Origin: Shigella phage ESh21
Sequence record: ON528731
Strand: one strand, 5' to 3'
DNA length: 64,000 nt
Position numbers and translations under genes: made by a program. This document shows positions 8,767 to 18,221 of this stretch, piece after piece (position 1 is the stretch's first letter; each line of letters begins with the position of its first letter). The notes under the pieces are model-generated. The model did no database searches. It saw nothing but the letters and a program-made list of their open reading frames with translations, and was not told the DNA's origin.

Positions 8767-8837
8767 TAGTCTTGACAAGGGGCATAAAAGCCCCTACTTT
8801 AAGACTCTAAAACAATCCTAAACTGGAGATTCAAAAA

Positions 8838-9089
8838 ATGGCTACTATCCGCGCAACTGTAAACACTTTTGGTTTTAACGTGTTAGATGTTAAGTTTGAT
8901 ATGGTAGGTACTGGTGATGCTTTTGGAATGGTTGAAATGTGCTTAAAGGCAACTATTCAGGACTATAAACCAACTGAAAACTTCTGGAAAGAAGTCAAGC
9001 AGGAAGTCTTGAAAGATGGTGTGACGTCTTACTATTGGGGTGATTCTCTTATCACGCTTTACCATCAAAAATTTGGTTATAATGACTAA
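8838..9089 (+). CDS. Hypothetical early protein
   Basis: Conserved leader upstream. Confidence 0.5.
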   Translation: MATIRATVNTFGFNVLDVKFDMVGTGDAFGMVEMCLKATIQDYKPTENFWKEVKQEVLKDGVTSYYWGDSLITLYHQKFGYND

Positions 9090-9129
9090 CAAGACGCCGC
9101 AACGGGGCAAATAGCCCCAGACACCTTTC

Positions 9130-9153
9130 AAGCCCCTTAAATGGGGCTTTTTA
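9130..9153 (+). terminator. Rho-independent terminator ending the early plus-strand array
   Basis: AGCCCC-TTAAAT-GGGGCT followed by TTTTT. Confidence 0.7.
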
Positions 9154-9540
9154 ACGTCTATACAATCTCTTTCTAGACATTTAGAGTAATAACTCTATAG
9201 CTTACTCTATAACCTCTTATCAAATCAACTTAAATATAAGCCCATAACCCGAAAGGGAAGGGCAACCATTAAAACGCTCTATAACGCTCTATAACAGCCT
9301 TATCAACCTAACTTAAGCAATCATATTAACCCACTCTAAAAATCCCTTTATAGAGCTTCCTAGAGCCTTAAAAGAATCTTATAAGGGTGTAAGCTTTATC
9401 ATCTCGTTAGTCTCTTGTGAATATCTAAACAGGGCTGCAAAGTCACTTAAAAGTTACGTAAAAAGAGCTATAAAGTATCGTAAACACTAGCCCCCTTAAC
9501 ATTTCTTTAACAAAATCTTAACAATCCCTACATAGTTATG

Positions 9541-10026
9541 CTTGTTAGCAACTTGTTAGCACCTTGTTAAATCTCTGTTAAGACTACGTTACAACCTTGT
9601 TAGGCTCTTTGAAGTCCCTATATAAGCCCCTGTAAAGGGCTATAAAGAGCTATACAGGTAATTGGGCTATAGATACTAGTAAGAACCTTAGAAGAGGCTA
9701 CATAGAGCTATACAGGGCTTTTAAGAGGGCTGTTTAGAGAATCACTGAGAGGGATAGGGAACTATAAGAGAAGAGAAGTTGTGTTTGTAAACAATCACTG
9801 TGACCATGTTAATAAATGGTTAAACATGTTAAGAACTTAATAGACACTTGTTAATTATCTTAACAAAATAACTTTTAAATTTAACATGTTAGGGACTTGT
9901 TAGTAATTTGTTAAACCCTTGTAAGAACTGTTAAACTCTTGTTACATCCTTGTTAGAACTGTTAAGGGATTGTTAAGAACTATGGAGACTTGTTAGAGAC
10001 TTGTTAGAGTTGTAAAGAAATTGTTA
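9541..10026. repeat. Array of more than 20 YTTGTTAR repeats, the 9887-10026 run phased at about 10.5 bp
   Basis: TGTTA starts at 9887, 9898, 9909, 9920, 9929, 9940, 9951, 9960, 9971, 9991, 10002, 10011, 10022. Confidence 0.7.
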
Positions 10027-10279
10027 ATGATATTTTAAGATTTTGCAAAGGGGATGTTACAGGGCTGTTAAGGGCTACCAAGCAGATATACACCCTTTGT
10101 AGATATTTTTCAGATACTCCCAAGAACCTAAAAAGTGACCTACCTAGTCTATTTTATAAAAATTTTATAGAACTGAATAACTATCTATACACTATCTTCT
10201 ATAAAACAGGTAATAACAGGCTTATAAGATATCTTGTTAGTAACGTGTTAGACCTTGTAGGATAAGCCTTTACAGGGAA

Positions 10280-10560
10280 TACCTGTTTAGTGCTATATAA
10301 CAGTCTATATAGAGGCTTAGTAATCCCTAGTGAACCATCTATAGAGGGTATCATCCTTAACATAGAGATTAAGATGGATATAGGGGCTTCTAAGGGGCTA
10401 TGGAGAAGCTAGGAAGGTGATTGTATAGGTGTGGAAGAGGGCTTGTTAGAGAGCTTTATAGAGGGCTATTTAGAAGGTGCTATATAGTTTCACTAGATAG
10501 GGACTAAGAGGCTATATAGATACTATATAATACTATATAGAGAGTATGCTTAGATAGGTT
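10280..10560. repeat. Cluster of palindromic GCTATATAG-type repeats
   Basis: Copies near 10283, 10297, 10349, 10455, 10479, 10511, 10522, 10532; related GCTATAAAG copies at 9461-9720. Confidence 0.6.
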
Positions 10561-10663
10561 GTTGAAGAGGGTATTGATATTTTATCACATATCATGGTGA
10601 CCAAAGATGAACGGAGTGAATCCAAATTTTATAAGAACTATAAATTTCGTAAATTTTACTCAA

Positions 10664-10711
10664 TAAAAAGCCCCTATGAGATAGATTCTATCGAATCCAT
10701 ATTAAGGGGCT
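10664..10711 (-). terminator. Rho-independent terminator for the minus-strand operon
   Basis: Minus-strand hairpin AGCCCCT...AGGGGCT followed by T-run. Confidence 0.55.
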
Positions 10712-10720
10712 ATGTAGTTC

Positions 10721-11392
10721 TTAGCAAAGGTTCTCTATAACAGCCTGAATAGCTGGAATAGTCGTGTGAAAGAAGTGAGTGTCTCCGTTATGTGATTCTC
10801 GTATCTGTAACATGATAGCGTGACCCTTGATAGGGTAGCATTGAATGTGATAACGATTCCCGTTAAACACTGAACCAAACCCTGTACAGAAACTTTCCAA
10901 GTCAGCTTTAGAAAGAAACTCTTCTTTCCCTGTGATTTTTATACAGACACCTCTATTAACTCGTGAAGGGTTTATATCTTCTGCAAAGAGCATCTGTTGA
11001 CCACCTAAAGAGGTCATAGAGATTTCTTTACGGTTCTGCTGCTTAACATACATCTCAAGCTTCTTCAAAGTCTCTTCATAGAACGGATAATATTTATTCA
11101 CAAAGATACCTTCAAGTGGCTCTTTACCTGAGTCTTCTCGTTCCATCTTAAGTCGATTAACAAGTAATTCTAAAGACCACTTCTCACTTTCATCAAGATA
11201 TGTATTGATATCATCTAGACTCAGTACCAGATACTTTCTTTCAAGTTCAAACTTTTTCATCTCTATCAAATCCTTAAAACATTTCTTAGTAATTGCTTCC
11301 CATTCTTCGGAGTTCTTCCGCTTCCTCTTCAGATGGGGAACCATATCTGTTAAGTTCTTCCAACTCTTCTTCAGTAGGTGTCCCATAATCAC
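10721..11392 (-). CDS. Hypothetical protein
   Basis: ORF in track. Confidence 0.5.
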   Translation of the reverse strand: MIMGHLLKKSWKNLTDMVPHLKRKRKNSEEWEAITKKCFKDLIEMKKFELERKYLVLSLDDINTYLDESEKWSLELLVNRLKMEREDSGKEPLEGIFVNKYYPFYEETLKKLEMYVKQQNRKEISMTSLGGQQMLFAEDINPSRVNRGVCIKITGKEEFLSKADLESFCTGFGSVFNGNRYHIQCYPIKGHAIMLQIRESHNGDTHFFHTTIPAIQAVIENLC

Positions 11393-11823
11393 ATCTTAAG
11401 TTTGAAAGTATTTTTACCATTGACCTGAATATACCCATCATTTTCAACTATCCAGTGTGCGGTTGAGAATGCACTATATGCGTTTGCTTCACCATAACCA
11501 ATAAACTTACCATTACACCCACTTTCAATAAGTATTGTACCTACTGGTTCACCTGTACCAATGGTTTCTACAATATAGAGTGTGTTTAGCTTTATGGAGC
11601 TATCTTCAGTCTCTTCTTTGAAGCGTTCAGGTAGAGACATATCAAGCCCTTCAGTTATTACAGATTGCATGTAAGCTTCTGAACACTCCCAGATAAAGCT
11701 ATGTAGAAGAACCTTTGCAGCATGTCTTGAACAACCAAATTCTGCAACGATATCTTTATACATATCGTCTTTAGTTCCATTGTTAAGTAGAGCTTTACGT
11801 ACTACCTCTTTAACACTCTTCAT
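11389..11823 (-). CDS. Hypothetical protein
   Basis: Start placed at internal ATG with GAGG SD; longest ORF extends to 11874. Confidence 0.45.
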   Translation of the reverse strand: MKSVKEVVRKALLNNGTKDDMYKDIVAEFGCSRHAAKVLLHSFIWECSEAYMQSVITEGLDMSLPERFKEETEDSSIKLNTLYIVETIGTGEPVGTILIESGCNGKFIGYGEANAYSAFSTAHWIVENDGYIQVNGKNTFKLKM

Positions 11824-12112
11824 CGTTCCAATCCTCATCTCTCTCAATTTGAAACTCTTCAGGTAACTCTGCAACTGCTTTCAAGTAATAAGCCTCTTGG
11901 ATGCTGCAAAGGTCTTCATAACCACCATTCATAAGCCAGTTATAACCTTGTGGCACACCTTTTTCATCACAGAATCCAGTGTAGAACATTGCTTTATGAA
12001 TCATGTTAAGTGATTTGTAAGCAACTTCAACAACATAGAAAGTATTATCTTTCCAACCACCCTTTGGAGGATGGATACCTTTAACACCTCTGGATTGTGG
12101 AGTCATAGTCAA
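11810..12112 (-). CDS. Hypothetical protein
   Basis: ORF in track. Confidence 0.45.
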   Translation of the reverse strand: MTMTPQSRGVKGIHPPKGGWKDNTFYVVEVAYKSLNMIHKAMFYTGFCDEKGVPQGYNWLMNGGYEDLCSIQEAYYLKAVAELPEEFQIERDEDWNDEEC

Positions 12113-12552
12113 CCTTTAGATAATTTTGCATTAACAATGTTTAAAAGGGTTTGAGTAGATAACTTACCAGATTTCAAGTATGGAAGCAATGGTTCTAGTG
12201 CATTATCAATCTCAATAGACATTTTTACGATTTCTTTTTCAAAATCTTCTTGCAGAATATTATATGTAGGTGACTTACCTAAGTCTTTGTCACTAACCTT
12301 GGCAATTTGAATATCAAAGCTTTTATGGTCAGCATGAGCTACACCTCTGTAGAGAAAGTCATTATTAAAAGTGATAATCTCTCCACACTTAAAAGACATT
12401 TCATCATCACCCTCTCCAATTTTGAAATCATTAGCAAGTTCTATTGAAAACGGGTAACGGCTGTAGTCAATTTCTCTGACTGTACCTAGGGCTACACGCT
12501 CTCTTGTTGTATAATTGACAAGAGACACAATTTCATATTTCTTCAGTTTCAT
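12109..12552 (-). CDS. Hypothetical protein
   Basis: ORF in track; ATGA-type overlap with downstream gene. Confidence 0.5.
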   Translation of the reverse strand: MKLKKYEIVSLVNYTTRERVALGTVREIDYSRYPFSIELANDFKIGEGDDEMSFKCGEIITFNNDFLYRGVAHADHKSFDIQIAKVSDKDLGKSPTYNILQEDFEKEIVKMSIEIDNALEPLLPYLKSGKLSTQTLLNIVNAKLSKG

Positions 12553-12595
12553 TTTTCGCTACCTCTAAACAGGGGCTTTTACACCCCTTGACAGA

Positions 12596-12805
12596 TTACT
12601 CTTCAACAGATTCTTTATCTTTCTTTGAAGAAGCCTTTTTCTCTTTCTTCTTAGGTTCAGTTGCTGCAATAGCAATGTCAACAAGCTGTACCAAGTCAGA
12701 TTTAATTACTGTCACTGGCTGTTCATTATAGAAACCTTTCTCAAGGTATTCTTTGAACTCTTCCAGAGAGTTAAAGCCAAAAGGCTTGATAGGTGTTCTA
12801 ATCAT
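12596..12805 (-). CDS. Hypothetical protein with Lys/Glu-rich C-terminus
   Basis: ORF in track. Confidence 0.4.
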   Translation of the reverse strand: MIRTPIKPFGFNSLEEFKEYLEKGFYNEQPVTVIKSDLVQLVDIAIAATEPKKKEKKASSKKDKESVEE

Positions 12806-12875
12806 TTATCCTCCGAGATATCTTTTAAGATTTTCTGGTTAATCATTTCCGCAATAGCATAGCGGATACAAATTA

Positions 12876-13382
12876 CTAAAATTTTAGGTTGCATTCTTTA
12901 CTTACCTCTCCAAACTTACTCTCAAACTCTACAATCTTCTTCTTGTGAGTTGTCATTCTCCAACATGAGAGGATGATACCAATTACAGGGATAACATACA
13001 AGAACCAAATCTCATAAATTTTCTTCTCAGCTTGGTTAAACGTTAAATCCTGCATGTACATGCCACTGAAGGATATTACACAAATCATGGCAAGGAATAC
13101 AGATAACATAATTGCTATTCCTGCCCAACCTCTAGTATTATGTTCAGCATTTCTACGCTTATTTTCCAGATTGATAAGTTCGTTATAGTCGGCTGAGAAA
13201 TCTCTGTAGAAAGCTTTCAGATACTCCCTGCTGTAGCCTTCAAAGCATCCTGTACCAAACCAATTTTCACCACCGAAGTGTGAAATAGTTCCTTCGTCAC
13301 CGTTTGCTTTCACAATCTTGAAAGATACATGGTGTCTTGACTTCTCATAAGAAATCTGGTCTCTTGAATCTTCATAAATCAT
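12876..13382 (-). CDS. Membrane protein (two predicted TM helices)
   Basis: Hydrophobic segments AGIAIMLSVFLAMICVISF and IWFLYVIPVIGIILSCW. Confidence 0.5.
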   Translation of the reverse strand: MIYEDSRDQISYEKSRHHVSFKIVKANGDEGTISHFGGENWFGTGCFEGYSREYLKAFYRDFSADYNELINLENKRRNAEHNTRGWAGIAIMLSVFLAMICVISFSGMYMQDLTFNQAEKKIYEIWFLYVIPVIGIILSCWRMTTHKKKIVEFESKFGEVSKECNLKF

Positions 13383-13597
13383 TGTTCAATCCTCTTTAAT
13401 CGTGCATTCCACTCTCTGTCAATCATTCTCTGGAATGTCTTACCTCTGGGAGTAACGTTCTTAAGTGATTCTTCAGTACATACTAAGATATCACCTCTGG
13501 CAAACTTGCCATAACACTGTTTAATCTTCTTGGCTCGTCTGTACTGCTCAGAAATAGAGAGCGTCCAGTATTCGCCTAGAGTTGTAAACTTTTTCAT
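13379..13597 (-). CDS. Hypothetical protein
   Basis: ORF in track. Confidence 0.45.
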   Translation of the reverse strand: MKKFTTLGEYWTLSISEQYRRAKKIKQCYGKFARGDILVCTEESLKNVTPRGKTFQRMIDREWNARLKRIEQ

Positions 13598-14343
13598 TCT
13601 GTCACCATTGCGTTGTAGAATTGCCTTTGAATCTCTTCAGCAATCTGATAAGGTGTGAAACCAGCTTTTAACATCATCCTGACTGTGTACTCAATGTCAT
13701 TCTTATTAACCACATGGTCTGTGACACTGATTGCTTCTTTTAACTCTTCCACATTCTTTTTAGCATCTTCACAAGTGCTGGTCAACATGGAGTCAAATTT
13801 CTTTTGTGGTGTAGTCCAAGCATGGCTATGTGGATTTGCATCACAGAAATACTTGAAGTAATCTCTGACATTATCTACAACCAGAGTTTGATGACCGACT
13901 TCTTTAGTTGTGTATCGAGACTCTTGCTCAGGTAAATCTGCAAGTCTGTGTGTAGGAGCCTCAATAGTAACATCAATCGCTCTAACCTTTGGAGTTACCT
14001 CTTTCTTCAGAGTCGGAGTTGCCTCAAAAGTTGCCTTTTCAGACTCTTCATAATCTTCATCTTTAACAATCCCAGTATCTACCAAAGCAATACCAAGGAG
14101 GTCTCTAAAGCTTCCTGTGAATACCAGATTTTCTATATCAGCAGTTGAATAAACTTTACCAGCCCACAAATGTCCTTCTGCAAGGTTTTGAGAATCTGGG
14201 TACAGCTTGAAGTGTATATTTTTCAAAGGTCTGAAGTACACCACACCACTATCAGAGACATGCGTGACCGTAGCTGCAACTCTACGCAATGGGTTTTCCT
14301 TGACATATATAAAAATTGTGTCTGATTCTTTAACTTTGTTCAT
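13594..14343 (-). CDS. Hypothetical protein
   Basis: ORF in track. Confidence 0.55.
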   Translation of the reverse strand: MNKVKESDTIFIYVKENPLRRVAATVTHVSDSGVVYFRPLKNIHFKLYPDSQNLAEGHLWAGKVYSTADIENLVFTGSFRDLLGIALVDTGIVKDEDYEESEKATFEATPTLKKEVTPKVRAIDVTIEAPTHRLADLPEQESRYTTKEVGHQTLVVDNVRDYFKYFCDANPHSHAWTTPQKKFDSMLTSTCEDAKKNVEELKEAISVTDHVVNKNDIEYTVRMMLKAGFTPYQIAEEIQRQFYNAMVTE

Positions 14344-14413
14344 TTTATCTCTCCAATAAAAAAGGGAACCACCTTTCGATAGCTCCCATCATACAAAATT
14401 CTATATATTACTG

Positions 14414-15007
14414 TCAAGCATATCTTTTAGGCAGTAGTGTACTTTTTCTGCTTCGAACATCTTCAAGGATAGATATAAAGTCATCAGAAGCACCCTTCCA
14501 AGGGCTGAAGTTTGGGATGTGTTGACGAATAGCTTCAATAATCGTCTTCATACCTGTGTTCTTCATCCACCAATCTGAACTTGAGGCAGTCATAACAAAG
14601 AACTGCTCATCATCTGTTAAGATGACCTCTTTAGTGAATGGAGAAGTGTACGTAGTGATAATAGAACCACCATTCATATAATATGTACGCTTGTGAACTT
14701 TATCAAGCATATCATGCAGGTCACCAAACAGTTTCACAACCTCTTGGTGGTTAATGTCTTTCTCAAGGTCTAAACGGTACTTCAGAAGTGCTTCATCAAC
14801 TTCTTTAGATGAGAACTTAAAGTACTGCACATCTTCAATGATACATGCAGAGATGTTGTTCACATCCATAGTCAATTTGGCAATTTTTGCTGGTGAGTTA
14901 ATGTTTGGCTGGAACGCAGCAAGCACACCCTGAACATTGCCGTAGTGTTGAACTAATGCAACTTGTGGAGAGTCAACTCCACCATTTTCTTTAATGTTTA
15001 CACTCAT
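14414..15007 (-). CDS. Hypothetical protein
   Basis: ORF in track. Confidence 0.55.
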   Translation of the reverse strand: MSVNIKENGGVDSPQVALVQHYGNVQGVLAAFQPNINSPAKIAKLTMDVNNISACIIEDVQYFKFSSKEVDEALLKYRLDLEKDINHQEVVKLFGDLHDMLDKVHKRTYYMNGGSIITTYTSPFTKEVILTDDEQFFVMTASSSDWWMKNTGMKTIIEAIRQHIPNFSPWKGASDDFISILEDVRSRKSTLLPKRYA

Positions 15008-15008
15008 A

Positions 15009-15359
15009 CTATAGCTTCCTCACTAAATACTTTTTAAGTGGTGTCTTCGGTTTTTCAAAGACCTCAATAGAATTTATTTTAATACCCTCACCACGCATAC
15101 CTGTGGATTGGTAGATATAGAACTCAAGCATCCCTATACTCTTAGCTGGCATATCATGCTTAACAAAAATGGTCACTGATTCTTTACTTTTCAGTATTAC
15201 TGTACCATCTTTATACACAAGCTTATCAGGTTGTTTATAGTCAAGCATGTCGAACATCAGAAATAATCTTTGCTGACACATATCAAGTCTTGATGATAGG
15301 GATTCTTGTATATCTGCGAAATTCTTATAAACAACTATGTGGAGCTTAAGCATCTGCAT
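15009..15359 (-). CDS. Hypothetical protein
   Basis: ORF in track. Confidence 0.5.
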   Translation of the reverse strand: MQMLKLHIVVYKNFADIQESLSSRLDMCQQRLFLMFDMLDYKQPDKLVYKDGTVILKSKESVTIFVKHDMPAKSIGMLEFYIYQSTGMRGEGIKINSIEVFEKPKTPLKKYLVRKL

Positions 15360-15639
15360 ATTCTCTGACGAAGAAGTAGTTGATTTTGTTATCAGATATC
15401 ATAAGGTCATAGCAAGTAATCTCAAACTTACTCTTTTCAGCATCATAGCTTGTGTATGGCTCAGAAACTTGCTTTGTTGATACCTTCGGGTTATTAGGGT
15501 TTAAAAGGCCACCATAAAGTTTCTTAATGGCCTTTGTTACTACACCCCAGATAACATCATCAGTCAGTTCTTCGTACAGGTCAAAATCAGCTTCATAGCT
15601 GAAGTCATTAATTGGAAAGATAACCTGTACTCTACTCAT
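15346..15639 (-). CDS. Hypothetical protein
   Basis: ORF in track. Confidence 0.45.
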   Translation of the reverse strand: MSRVQVIFPINDFSYEADFDLYEELTDDVIWGVVTKAIKKLYGGLLNPNNPKVSTKQVSEPYTSYDAEKSKFEITCYDLMISDNKINYFFVREYADA

Positions 15640-15640
15640 A

Positions 15641-16021
15641 TCAGATTACCTGTGTCACTTGCAGCGCTTCTGTTATAGAAATATCACCAACTTTCTCTTC
15701 TTTGATAAAGGTGAAGGTTAGTAAGGTATCTTGCAGTTCTTCTTCAAGTGGTACTCCGTTCAGTTCATCATAGATAGATTGGGTAGTCCAGCCTTCCTGA
15801 CCATCTGGGTAGTAAATGGCATATTTCGGGAAGTCAATACCACACCAACCAAAGACAGGACAACCATCTTCATCGTTATATCGGTGATGTAGGACACTAC
15901 CACTTTTCACAAAACGAAGTCGCAACTCACCGTTATGTTGGTACACAACTGCATTTGCTTCTTGCTCACCCATGTTTCCATGAGCAGAAACGTCAACAAT
16001 TACTGGAATCTCTTTATTCAT
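15641..16021 (-). CDS. Hypothetical protein
   Basis: Start placed at internal ATG (MNKEIPV) with GAGG SD; the longer ORF overlaps the upstream gene. Confidence 0.45.
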   Translation of the reverse strand: MNKEIPVIVDVSAHGNMGEQEANAVVYQHNGELRLRFVKSGSVLHHRYNDEDGCPVFGWCGIDFPKYAIYYPDGQEGWTTQSIYDELNGVPLEEELQDTLLTFTFIKEEKVGDISITEALQVTQVI

Positions 16022-16412
16022 AATAACCTCTCTCAGCTTTCTCAATCTTATCCAGAAGTTTATTGCACTGGTCGTTGTGGTAAATAGCCTCACGATTGTG
16101 CATTGCTTTCTGTTTCTCAAGTAGAGTTTTATAGTAACCTGATAACTGTGCTCTTGTCAAGGGGTGTTCTGAAATAATATCTAAAGAACTTTCACCGAGA
16201 GAGCAGAAAAGGCCATCATCGTTCACGTCATAAAGTTCGTTTGTGTAGAACCCTTTGTTAGCCATTGTGATAGGTGAACGCTCAACGACCTCGACAATAA
16301 ACTTGGTGACAACCTTACCTCCGTAAGTGATAAGTTTGCTTCCATAGACTCTGACCTTCATACCGCTTCTTGTGTACTTAAAAGTACCAACATCATCAGC
16401 CCAAAGTTTCAT
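16014..16412 (-). CDS. Hypothetical protein
   Basis: ORF in track. Confidence 0.5.
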   Translation of the reverse strand: MKLWADDVGTFKYTRSGMKVRVYGSKLITYGGKVVTKFIVEVVERSPITMANKGFYTNELYDVNDDGLFCSLGESSLDIISEHPLTRAQLSGYYKTLLEKQKAMHNREAIYHNDQCNKLLDKIEKAERGYYE

Positions 16413-16428
16413 AGTTTTCTCCTAGATA

Positions 16429-16452
16429 TAAAAAAGGCTCCCGAAGGAGCCT
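16429..16452 (-). terminator. Rho-independent terminator downstream of endolysin gene
   Basis: GGCTCC-TTCG-GGAGCC hairpin with T-run on minus strand. Confidence 0.65.
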
Positions 16453-16461
16453 ATGAATATA

Positions 16462-16926
16462 TTACTTTGGATATACCGCGTCAAGATAAATCTTCGCTTC
16501 CATTCTACGTCTGTTTGTCAGACCTTTAGAAGCAACTTTCTTACCGTTGATGGTTACCTTATTCCACCACTGCATAGCTTCTGCACAGCCAACTTTGTTA
16601 CCAGCATTGTGACGCCTCATGAAGGTTGATTCCTTCATAGCCCCAATACCGATGTTGTAGGTTTCAATAACCAGTGCGTCAAATTCATTCTGGGTAGTTG
16701 GAGCACTGATAGCTTTGTTCACAGCTACTACAAACTTCTCAACATCAGCAAGTAGATAACTGTTAGCTTGGGCTTCATTGATTTTCATACCCATCTTGAC
16801 AGGTTGACCATTGATACGGATTGTACCATAACCAATTGTAGGAATACCAGCAGAGTCTTTGTAGGCTTCTAAACGAAGCCCCTCAAAGAACTTGATAGCT
16901 TCCAATCCTTGAGGGGATAATTGCAT
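16462..16926 (-). CDS. Endolysin, T4 lysozyme-like (glycoside hydrolase family 24)
   Basis: FEGLRLEAYKDSAGIPTIGYGT matches the T4 lysozyme catalytic motif [21 protein letters not shown]. Confidence 0.9.
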   Translation of the reverse strand: MQLSPQGLEAIKFFEGLRLEAYKDSAGIPTIGYGTIRINGQPVKMGMKINEAQANSYLLADVEKFVVAVNKAISAPTTQNEFDALVIETYNIGIGAMKESTFMRRHNAGNKVGCAEAMQWWNKVTINGKKVASKGLTNRRRMEAKIYLDAVYPK

Positions 16927-16928
16927 TT

Positions 16929-17813
16929 TTAACCTCCTACTACGTTAACCACTACAGTAGCTGGGTTTGAAGTAACACTTCCACCTGCTCCAGTAACTAC
17001 ACATACATAACTTCCTGCATCACCAGCAGTCGTAGTATTCTCTTTGGTGTAGGTTGCTGCTGTAGCACCAGAGATTTCTACATTATCTTTCTTCCACTGG
17101 TAACCTGTAGCTCCGGTTGCAACAATATCAAGAGTCAGTGTGTCACCTTCAGTGATTTCTTGGTTTGCTGGCTGTTTAGTGATTACTGGAAGTGCATTCA
17201 CAGTAACTGTTGCAGCATCTGAAGTGACAGTTGCACCACCATCACCAGTAACTACACAGGTGTAAGACCCAGCATCAGCAGGGGTTACGTTTGTTTTAGT
17301 GTATGTTGCAGAAGTTGCACCAGAGATGTTAGAAGCACCCTTCTTCCACTGGTAACCAGTTGCATTTGTAGCAACAACTGTCAAGGTTAGAGTACCACCC
17401 TCATTAACAGTTTGGTTAGTTGGCTGCGTGGTGATAGCTGGTGGCACAACTGCATCAATCAGTTTAGCATTCAGCATTGAGAAAGGTTTAACCCTTGCAA
17501 GCCATTCACAGTAAATAGTGTCAACATCTTTACCGTTGATGATTGCATACTGCAAATCCATGAAGAAGTCAGCAGTTCTCATTTGAGCACCTACAGAGTA
17601 TAGTAGTTCTTCAGAGAATGGAACTGTGTAGCTTGGGGTGTAGTTTAAATCGGTAACCTCAGCAATGTCTGACTCAGGCCACGGAGAGCTATATGTCAGT
17701 GGTAGCACAGCTTCTTGATACGTTCTGAAGTCGTATCTCTTACCAGCTTTAACATTCGCAATAAAAACCTTTACGAACTCTTTAAAATCTGGATATGTTT
17801 TTGCTTTAATCAT
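16929..17813 (-). CDS. Protein with two tandem Ig-like domains
   Basis: Two ~80-aa repeats (TLTLxVVATxATGYQWKK...AGSYxCVVTGxGG); N-terminal domain paralogous to 17810..18178. Confidence 0.6.
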   Translation of the reverse strand: MIKAKTYPDFKEFVKVFIANVKAGKRYDFRTYQEAVLPLTYSSPWPESDIAEVTDLNYTPSYTVPFSEELLYSVGAQMRTADFFMDLQYAIINGKDVDTIYCEWLARVKPFSMLNAKLIDAVVPPAITTQPTNQTVNEGGTLTLTVVATNATGYQWKKGASNISGATSATYTKTNVTPADAGSYTCVVTGDGGATVTSDAATVTVNALPVITKQPANQEITEGDTLTLDIVATGATGYQWKKDNVEISGATAATYTKENTTTAGDAGSYVCVVTGAGGSVTSNPATVVVNVVGG

Positions 17814-18178
17814 TTATTAGCCTCTAATCTTGCGTTTAGTCTGAAATAACCTTTGTGTTGAGGTGATACATCACCAACTACAACACCTTCAATCTTATAA
17901 CCCTTTCCCATTACATACTGAATGTCCATTAAGAATGTCCCTAGACCAACAATATGAAACATCGGATAAAGTAACTCTTCAGAATCTGGTAGGTCAGTTT
18001 TTGGGATGTATTTAACGGTAGCTGTAGTTGGGTTGATATCCTTCTCAGGCCATTTACTATCACGCCATGTTAAGGGTGTCGGAAGTACATCATCAAGATT
18101 ATACCTTTCACCTTCTTGAACACTTTGGACATAAGATTGTAGGAAGCAATAAAAGTCTTTTCTACTCTTTGCCTTCAT
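17810..18178 (-). CDS. Hypothetical protein, paralog of N-terminal domain of 16929..17813
   Basis: Shared pattern W..S.WPE.DI...SEELLY...FxMDxQY. Confidence 0.5.
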   Translation of the reverse strand: MKAKSRKDFYCFLQSYVQSVQEGERYNLDDVLPTPLTWRDSKWPEKDINPTTATVKYIPKTDLPDSEELLYPMFHIVGLGTFLMDIQYVMGKGYKIEGVVVGDVSPQHKGYFRLNARLEANK

Positions 18179-18194
18179 TATCTTTCCTTAACAA

Positions 18195-18216
18195 ATAAAA
18201 AGGGGCTTTCGCCCCA
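18195..18216 (-). terminator. Rho-independent terminator
   Basis: GGGGC-GAAA-GCCCC hairpin with T-run on minus strand. Confidence 0.6.
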
Positions 18217-18221
18217 AAAAC

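Noticed and set aside
8943-9131. Minus-strand ORF 8943..9131
   Set aside because: Antisense to the leader-preceded gene 8838..9089 and runs into the plus-strand terminator
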